DNA from: Rotaria socialis
Lineage: Eukaryota
Direction: 5' to 3'
Length of the DNA stretch: 64,000 nucleotides
Assembly (NCBI GenBank): GCA_905331295.1
Contig: CAJNYD010000074.1
Span: forward strand, 248,001-312,000
Part shown: piece by piece, positions 54,889-64,000 of the stretch
How positions within the stretch are numbered: the stretch's first letter is position 1
Layout: each line of letters begins with the position of its first letter
Program-made: the position numbers and the translations under genes
The notes under the pieces: generated by a model
The model's input: the letters and a program-made list of their open reading frames with translations, nothing else
What the model was told of the DNA's origin: nothing
Databases searched by the model: none

Positions 54889-57800
54889 GCAGAGAAAAAG
54901 AATCGTCTGATCTAATACCTTTAATCAGAATGCACAAAGTATCACCATTAACTTAACATATGCAAACAAAAAGAAAAAACTAAAAAGTGCCGTTGGTGTA
55001 CACCCGCTTCGTCGGGGGTGTATACTCTCTTTTCAACAATTCAAAATGGATCAATTGAAAGCCTTTTAAAAAAAAACCATGAACTCTATAGATTCTTCAT
55101 TGATAGAAAGACAGAGCCTGACACATGAAACAAAAAAAGATGATGATTTTTTCTTCGATAGTGAGTTTAATTGATAATAATCGTTGTTTTAATCGTTGCA
55201 TCTTCGCGACCAAAATATCTTTTTCTTTATCAGATTATTCATTGAACACTGAACGAATGTTTTGATGCGGAGCGGAGGGATATTTCGTATGAATAGAATA
55301 AAGTTTGAAATAAAATAAATATTTTCTTATATCTTAAGTGGTTCCTTCTATTTACATAGACAGAGTAAAAAAAGACACCTTGCAGTTTAATTTGTTCGTT
55401 GTGTTGAAGTTCATATAAAGACAATAATCGAGTGCACAAACAATTAAAATCAATATAGTGAAACTTGTACTTATTTCAATTAATCGGAGTGTGTTAAATA
55501 CAGTCAGTAGCATAGTTGTGAAAGAAAATAAAGATGAGTTTTCTTCAAGCTATATAAGTAAAATGTATAGAATACAATCTGACGAATAAGAATAGCACAT
55601 TTTTTCTTTTCTTTTCTTTTTTTTCGATGATCGAAAGTGAAACTTCTCGACACTTGACATAGTTTAGGGATCTAAAATCATATTAAAACAAAAACATTAT
55701 TGCGACTAGGAAGTTCAAAGAGAGAAAAAGAAAGACCATTGCCTCATAGTTTTAATTATTTTTTTTTTCATACGGCAATAGCAACTTCCTTCGCTCATAT
55801 CAATGCAAATCTTAATCAAAGCAATACGAGAATAAGAGGTCGATATGGTCATTTATTTTATCATTAACTCTCTCGATGTCACGAGAGCAATATTTGTGTT
55901 AGTGTCTATCAAATACGAAACACGCACGATGAATCTTTACTTGAGATTGAGCTTAACATAATTCTCTGTCAATGTTCATCATACAGCAATCAAGTAAATC
56001 TCAAATGTCATTCATTTTCAAAACTTAATTGAACTTGGAAACGATGAATATTGTTGTTTTGCCTTAGATTATGATTCATCCAAATTCGTTACGGCGTCTT
56101 CAATAAGCTACGTATTGAGAAAAGGCTATGGTAAATAATTTCGAAAAAACTGACAAGTATCGATTATTATAATATTTGGTTCTTTGATGTATATTATCTA
56201 TTTGAAGAGTCGTTTTAGAAAATGACTTTATTTAGTAGAGATTTGGGAAGAGTAATTTTCATGGCAACCTATGTCATTTTTAATCCATGCTTGTTCTTCA
56301 TAGTAAAACAATGTCACCTAAATTTAGACATGCATGTCTTATCATTAGCATTTATGCATAAATTATTTAGATTTTTTAGGTAACATCTGCTATACTAAAT
56401 TAGTATCAGGTGGAATAGTGCTCCAATAAAAACTATACAAACACCGGTGTCAATATAGCCCTCAGTTTTTTTTTACCGACATCCCATGGGAGTAACCGCT
56501 AAGTATTTATGATAAATGTAATGCTGCTTAGTAATATAGACTCCATCAAAAATAATCGAACTTACTTAAATCATATAAACGAATGCGTGTGCCATGATCT
56601 GCATTAATTATAATAAAATCAATTGACGCCGGAAATTTCGATTCTACACGAATAGTATAAAGAGCAAAATTATTTGTTTCGAGCACATCGGATGTTTTGT
56701 TCAAGATAATATTTTGATGCGTATAGTTTTCTGACTGTTCATAAAGAATAATGATAAAATCGGAATTAATTGATTTTTCGTGTGATTCATAGCGAATATC
56801 AAAATTTGAACTAGGAATGTATGTTACTGAATTGTTTGCTGAAAGATTAGTATCTGCGGTCGTTCGCAGTAGTAAATTTTTGTTTAACGAAAATAAATTT
56901 CCTACGAATGTCGAATTTTCATATTCTCCATTGATAGTCCACTGAAATTTCTGTGAATGTAAACGAAGAAAATTTTGGAAATAACAAGAAAATAATATTT
57001 TTCATCTTACTGAGTCATTTTTTGCTCCTAAAATATAATGCAAATCTCCAACATGTAGATAACCTTTTGATACTTTATATAGATTAAGACGAAATAATCG
57101 TGCTTGATTAGGAATTGGTAATGATAATGATTTATATATGATTCGAAATGAAGATTTTACAGAAAATAAAACATCAGAAAAACGTTTCGTTGATATTGTG
57201 TCTAATAGATAGGTTTTCGTAAAATTGTCATCTAAAAAGTTATTTTTAAATAAAAACTAATTGTACTTAATCTTCTCAATGAAATTTTACCTTGATGAAC
57301 AGTCAATTCAGCTGATGTCTTTCCATCGAGATTTTCAACATCGAAAATAATCAGCGAAGAATCGTTCATAGAAATCAACCATTCAATATGAATAAATGGA
57401 TCCAATGTTATTGGTGGAGCCAATGCCATATAAGTTCTTTCGAAAGTTATTTTATTAATTATTGTAACTATACAAAACAAATAGAAGCATATGAACAATC
57501 TAGACATAACATTCAATAAAATAACAATTAAAGAAAACAGTCTGCTTCAATTTTTCGTATTATCTTAACACACATCTCTTGTTGAACTTATTTTCAAACA
57601 TAATATACAAATTGATAATGCAAGATTTGAACAGTAGCAATTCATTGTTGATTATGCAAGTTCTTTGTCTCGTATAGCCTATTCTGAACTCGTTAGCATA
57701 TTTTTAGTTAAATTGATGGTCGAAAAAAAATTTCTTATGAAAAAAGAATTAATTATTGAACAATATTTAAAAAAATTATTTTTACTTTTCTTAAATTTTT

Positions 57801-60800
57801 CAATTTGAATATTGTATTCAACCAATGCCCAAATAAATTCTGGTTCAATAGATAATGTACATGTTCCAATATGATGATAAACAAAAGGAAATTGTTCATT
57901 ATTACATATGTGTGTTGTTCTGAATAAATCTTTCATAGAAAAACAAATACGTCGATCTTCAAACGTTTGCAAGGATTGAAAAGTAATTTTAATAGATTCA
58001 TCATCTACTGCTTTGATATGCCAAATATTAGCCTATAAAAAAATGAGTACAGTCCTAAACACAAGTAGCTGCAGTTTAGGATACTGAGCTGATATTTTGA
58101 ATATGCATGAGTAGGAAAAAGAATCCTAGTAATGCGTACTTATTTATCCTCCATTGGTTTTATGTCTACAAAAGCTATGATGCAAAGACCCTCGTCCTTT
58201 TGTGCTCATAGATTTTGTTTTCAGGATGTATCTAAAAATTTCTCACAAAAGTTCCTACAAGCAAAGCCCTTGAACGAATTTATGTTATCAGCGTTTATGA
58301 CTACAGTTATGTATTCACAATATTAGTTCTATATTATCAAGAGTAGCAATATTGCAGGAGTGTTGCGTATATTTGTCTATAGCTGTGTAAAAAATATCTT
58401 TGTATTACCTGTGTCAAATTATGATAAATACTATTCGTTGGTAAACTAATCAATTGATAAGGAAATAATCTATTATCATCTAAAATTTGTACATATGGTT
58501 CTGGTGACATAGTTGACCCTATACGAATAAAAGGCATGAGTATCAATTCGATGAATAATTTTTTAAAATTTTACATTCAATCGTTTCCGAATAAAACAAA
58601 CGGAAAGTAGTTGATCCTAATGAAAATTGACTTGAATAAAATCGTATCCATATTTGACTATGATTTGCAATAAACCAAGTACCTGGTAATGCATCTAGAG
58701 ATACGTTTCCTTGTGTAAAACAAAAAACAAGAAATTAAAAAAACAACAATAATTCAACCTGATATATGATAAACTTGATATTGAGTAGGATCATGAAGAA
58801 GACCAATTTCAATAGAGTTTTCTTTATTATCCCAATTTAAATCATCAAATCTTAAGAAGATATTTTGTCCGTCATCAACTTCCAATAATATCAAGCAATC
58901 CATTGACGTTTTGATTTCAGTTTGAAATTCAATTGTTCCATTGTAGGATGAGTATTTTTTCCCACATGGTAAAGTTTTTAATTGATTATTTTCTTCCATA
59001 GATATTCTATTGAATTCTAACTTGAGACAAATATTAAAATATGGAAAATTTGATTTTTGTTTATGTACATACTTTGATATGTTAAATTAAAACCACGATA
59101 TTGATAATCATCATTCGAATGTTTTGTTCGTAGAATTATTTTTGTTTCATTTATGGTTTGTATTCGAAAAGATTTTGATGTATTCAATGAATAAAAAGTA
59201 TCACCTAAAGAAAAGACTTTAAAAAGAAAAGAATCCATTTTAAATCTGAATTACCGGTTATAACATGTAAATAATCATAATCATAATCAATACTAATATC
59301 ACTAAGATTAATTTCAATCTCGTTCGAAGAATTCATATGAATAATCCATGTATATTCAACATTTGTTCTTAAAAATTTTGGATAATCTTTTGAATAAATT
59401 ACACCATTGTTTTCATTAACATCCCAACTATAATTTTCTAATTATAAAAACAAAAAAGTTGAATTAAATTGTTTTGCTCGATCTATTTCGGAACCTATTC
59501 CTTGTATTTTAGCTTCTAGAAATGGCATACTACATAAATGTATATGTCGGAGTTGACTCTAAAATCCAGTTGCCTTGTAAAGGCAACTAGTCGCCTTTAA
59601 AATGTATAATCATAAAGTTGTTATTGACATGATAAAGAATATTTTATTCAATAGATGAGATTGAGGGTGTGGGAGTGGGTCTGTGTCGGTGTGAGTCTGG
59701 GTGTGGGTATGGTTTCGATCTTGCCCACGCCCACACCCACACTCCACCCTTTTTCATATGTTTCAGTTGTTATCAAGTACTTCGCTTGCCATTTAGTATC
59801 TAACTCATTCAACTAAACATCTAGCTTTGAGTAGAAAGCCGTCTTCATTATTAAATGAAATGATGGTTTGATAGTAAATAAATAATTCTTTGTTAACTTC
59901 AGATCGAAAAGTTTCCATCAGTTAAACAAATTCATTATCGATTAGTGCAGAAAAACTTTACGATTATACATTTTAAAGTCAACTGACTCCATCCAGTTGA
60001 TTTTAATGTCAACTAGTTGTCTTTAAAATTGAAGAGTCAACTAGTTCCATCCTAGTTGACTATAAAATTTTAAAAACAACTAGTTGACTCTTCAATTTTA
60101 AAGGCAACTGGATTTTAGAGTCAACTCCGACATATACGTTAATAGATATATGATTTTTTCAGAGGTATTCCAAAGTCGGCAGGGTTATATGACTGATAAA
60201 TGATGAGAAAGCTTAAAACATTTAAAAAACTATTCATCGAATGTAAGAAGAGAATCGATCTGAAAAGTGTCTTAAAAATTCTAGATTTCTACAACTATAG
60301 TTCAGCACATCTTTCCTATTAATAAAAGTAAGATTTTACCTCTTTCAATAATTTCATAGCTAAGAGAAAAACCGGAGGTATTGTATGATTTATCAGTAGT
60401 AAATATAAGAAATAAGTTATCATTTCGAATAAATAAATGTTTATTATCGATGTCATCACCCGACAATTCGTGTATGATCATAGCACGATTATTAAGATTT
60501 TGGCCAACATGTAATGCTAACGTATCATAATGTAACTCCGTACGAAATTCATGAATATATAATCGAATAAATGCATTTCGATGGTATAAATGCCAACGAC
60601 ATATCTAAATATAAATTATGCTTATTAGTTTCTGTTGAAACGAACTTTCTTACGATATTATTCGAATAATTTTGTGGATAATTTGGACTCGAAATAGTAT
60701 CATACGGATATTGATATATTGATTTTGGTTTTTGTGATTTATATTCCAACGGATGAACAATATCAACATCGATTAGAATCTCTGCAGATTTTGGTATTAC

Positions 60801-63353
60801 AGTTGTGGCTACAAAATAAAAGATCTTTCATTTTAGAGCACTTTGAACTATCGAGTGGTTTCTATGCATATGCCACTATTATAATTTGATCGCACTGAGA
60901 TTTGTAAGTCACCGTTCTGAAACATTTTTATAGCTTTGAACCAATTTCCCTAGACTATGAAAACAATAAAGAAGCTCGAATGTAAGTTACTATTTATCTG
61001 ACAGATCAAGTTTTCAGTCAAGTTACCCATATGGACTCGTCAAAAATTTTACACAAGCGTAAATCTTAGTCTAATTAGTTGACATAAGCTGTTTCTGCTG
61101 TGATCTTAGATTTTGTAAAGCTTACTGTCGAGATGTTCACTCTATTGAATAATTATGATCGTAAATACACAGACCACTAAAAATTTGGATACTCAGTTGC
61201 ATAGCAACCTTTTCTCTTGTATCTAGGGTTGTTACTTTATCTTTATTGATCTTTATATTAAAGAATAAAGATAAATAAAACCTTTATATTTATAAAATAA
61301 AGATAAAGATAATCTTTATTTGTAAAAATAAAGTTAAAAGAAAGAAAAAAAAAGATCTTCTGCAGTCACTGGTAAATAGATGAATAATTTGTATAACAAC
61401 AGAAAACATTGATTGCAGTTCTTGCTTATCATCGCTGGCATTGCAGTATGAAATAATACTAGCAAATGATGGTGAGGCATAAATCATTTATGGAAAGAAA
61501 TCTAGTGTTCAAAATTTTTTAGCCTTGAACTTCTTAATTTTCTTCGAGCTATCGGGAGAAGGCCAAATTTCGGGTTTTTAAGGGAAAATATTTTTCTTTA
61601 TTCTTTATTTTATCGTTATTAAATAAAGATAAAGCTACTTTTTCTTTTTCTTTATTTTATAAATATAAAGATTTCATTTATCTTTATTTTTTAAATATAA
61701 AGTAACATCCTTACTTGTATCCAAAGAATAAAGAGAATCTATGTATGTTTCCACCTAAAAAAAATCTATTTTTGAGCAATACAAGGTCAAGTATAAATTA
61801 GAGTTTCTTCAGATCTTTGATATTCGATATGGCACACAAGTGCAATATTTCGTCGAATGAGAAATGTAGGTTATCTGCTACAATTATGGTCAAATCTATT
61901 GTTTTCCACGTATCATTGGTTAAAAGCGTAGGATTATAAACGCTATTCAACTCGTTTGTATCGTAATTATTCACAAAGGTAACGAACGTTTTATGATAGT
62001 TAATCTGCATGCTACAGATCATAAGAATCATATACTAGAAGATGCCATGCAAGGTGAAACATATTATGAAGGTCCATTTATCTTTGAGTTAATTATCCTG
62101 AAAAAAAAAACTAACAAACTACTAACATAAACATACACACAATATACTGAAAATTGATATCTGGAGGAGATAAATGCTATTCTTTGTTAGCAATTACCGT
62201 TTATGCGTATCAACTGACCAGGCCTTCATGGGACTATTCAGCTTTGTAGTAAAGAATCAATAATGATAAACTAAATCTTATTAGGAAGCATTCAATTTGA
62301 TTTTGTTCGGACCTTTAGTCTTCATGGCTGTATTAATTGACGACTTTATAATACGTTTTATGTCAAGGAAAATAATCCAATTTTGATATCATTTGTTCGT
62401 GATTAAGCAAATATGCATAACATATAGTATACGAGTTTACACGTATCCATATTAATCTTAATGTGGGACAGATTATCGATGTTTTTCTTTAAAACATCAT
62501 CGTTAAATGTCATATCATAATTACATACGTCAGCCTGGCTCGAAAATATCGAATATTAATCTGAAGAAAAGCTTTGCATTCGTAAAACAGATGAAAAACG
62601 AAGTATTGAATTTTTACCAAGCAAATTTTCACTGAAAGTTTAATGTGTTAAACTAATGCCATTGACTCGAAAAAAGCAAACACTCTGAGGCTTTTTATTC
62701 TACAAGTAACATTTTTATTCACTTCTAAAATTTCTAAAGAATTTCTTTTACTCCCGTTGAAGTAGATGCATTCTTTCGAGGGCAATCTCTTATTCATTTC
62801 TTAATCGTTTTCATTTTTGTTTTACATAAATATAAGCAAACGAGAATGAAATAGACATTTAAGAACTTTCATCGTTTTTTGTCAATGGACTCTGTCACAT
62901 TATTTAATATTTATAAAATATCTTACATTTATTGACTAGAAATTCATAATCAATCGTAAAACCTGAACCGGTATTTGTTTGATCACTGGCAAATTGAATC
63001 CATAGAGATCGTGTTAGAATATCACCGCGAAGTGCAATTAAACATGGATCAGGTAATTTCGAACCTGAAAATCGAAATAATTTTGAATTATATTTTGACA
63101 CATCAGTTATTGTTTCTCCAATAAATAATTCATCGTGACCAAATTCAGTATCGAAATGACGAAATGTTAATAGAAGATTACGATAATGAATATTGTGTGA
63201 TATAGATGATAAATTAAATGTCCATGTGCATTCAATATTATTTTCATATGATAATAACACAATAGTGCCACTAGTTTGATTTAATTCATAATTGCATAAA
63301 TAAACAACGCATGGGAAAAATATGATGATGTAAAACAATGTATTAATATACAT
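52788..63353 (-). CDS. Multi-CUB-domain type I single-pass membrane protein (many exons)
   Basis: Signal peptide MYINTLFYIIIFFPCVVYL at 63353. CUB1 at 62926-63300 (CTW, FDTEFGHDEL, F.SDQTNTGSGF), CUB2 at ~60340-60700 (SSPNYPQNY, CRW, TELHYDTL, FTTDKS..SGF), CUB3 at ~59050-59440, CUB4 at ~58570-59000, then degenerate domains. TM helix IWLYGVCLLALVVLIVVLLMLISIFV at ~53520-53600; tail ends 52788. Joining across the 54560-56567 intron rests on compatible phase-1 junctions. Confidence 0.72.
54848..54896. repeat. (GA)n microsatellite in an intron
   Basis: gagagagagagagagagagagaga. Confidence 0.85.
59540..60137. mobile_element. MITE with perfect ~37-bp TIRs and agttgact/agtcaact subterminal repeats (CUB gene intron)
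   Basis: gtatatgtcggagttgactctaaaatccagttgcctt / aaggcaactggattttagagtcaactccgacatatac; contains a GT-rich hairpin at ~59663-59750. Confidence 0.85.
61224..61713. mobile_element. hAT-family MITE with a perfect 8-bp TSD (CUB gene intron)
   Basis: TIRs tagggttgttacttta / taaagtaacatcctta; TSD cttgtatc at 61216-61223 and 61714-61721; internal ataaag/ctttat repeats. Confidence 0.88.
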
Positions 63354-64000
63354 CTGAAGAAAATATCATTACTCCTCGTTAAATATTTACTTATCCTTGA
63401 AGAATGGTTATCATATTATTCCATGTATAAGTGAATGAGTGATGTGACTGAAGATTTAAATATGTGCTAGCAGATAAAAATAAAAGAGAATCAATGTAGA
63501 TCTAATGAAAACAATTTGTTGATTATTTCTGTCGCTAATACTTATTTACTTGTTTGCGGCATGTAGATTAATCAGATCTAATTGGGAGTACTATACGAAG
63601 GACCTTCTCTAAATAAGAAATAGAGATAAATCAGTAAGAAGAAATGATAATTATGTGTGTAAATAACAGAAATAGAAAATAAGTGAAGGTTATGCATATA
63701 TGCCTTATGGCTATGAGTCTGATATATATCAGAATGAGCTATAGACACTTAAGAACGTGAGGGAAAAGAGGGAGAGAGAGAGAGAGAAAGAAAGAGAGAA
63801 AATAAAACAGATGATTATATAGTAAGGAAAGCACTGATTTGGTACTAATGATGGTAGTGTGACTACTACAATCAAACAGAATATAATAGTAATGATGAAG
63901 GTTAGAAAAATACTCTGAAGAGAAAAATAATGAATGGCATGAACCGATCAGCATGGATATATAATATTGTCCTAGAGATACATAAGAAAGAAAGAATAAA

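Noticed and set aside
60339..60380. Suspected frameshift at the end of CUB2
   Set aside because: Recounting the A run gives in-frame SGFSLSYEIIER; the apparent ORF break upstream is a short intron
63393..63610. Two upstream minus-strand exon-like segments as coding exons of the CUB gene
   Set aside because: Stops in the usable frames, and ATG 63353 already begins a signal peptide, so they are probably 5' UTR exons
1..64000. tRNA, rRNA, CRISPR arrays, prokaryotic operons
   Set aside because: None recognised; the repeats seen are microsatellites or transposon termini and the genes have spliceosomal introns

Overview
AT-rich eukaryotic DNA with many short (~50-65 nt) GT-AG introns. The style is typical of a bdelloid rotifer (inference); there is one 10-N gap at 13735-13744. 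I assembled 11 genes by hand: USP25/28-like deubiquitinase (-), intronless bacterial-type DUF1761 gene (-, HGT candidate), divergent EF1-alpha paralogue (+), an unrecognised 271-aa protein of two tandem three-exon modules ending in a CaaX box (+), RPB9 (+), PPP1R37-like LRR protein starting 163 bp after RPB9 (+), a ~750-aa protein with a nuclear-receptor-like ligand-binding domain but no zinc-finger DNA-binding domain (-), a CABIT-like protein (+), a divergent Tubby protein (+), EB1/MAPRE (+) and a multi-CUB single-pass membrane protein (-). Highlights: EB1 has a duplicated, frame-enforced mutually exclusive exon pair in its CH domain, with candidate competing intronic RNA pairings and a ~1.9-kb foldback element in its last intron; the DBD-less nuclear receptor; and the duplicated-module CaaX protein. 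Several non-autonomous DNA transposons are also present (MULE with a FLYWCH relic, hAT-type and other MITEs). All family calls come from motif recognition, not database searches.
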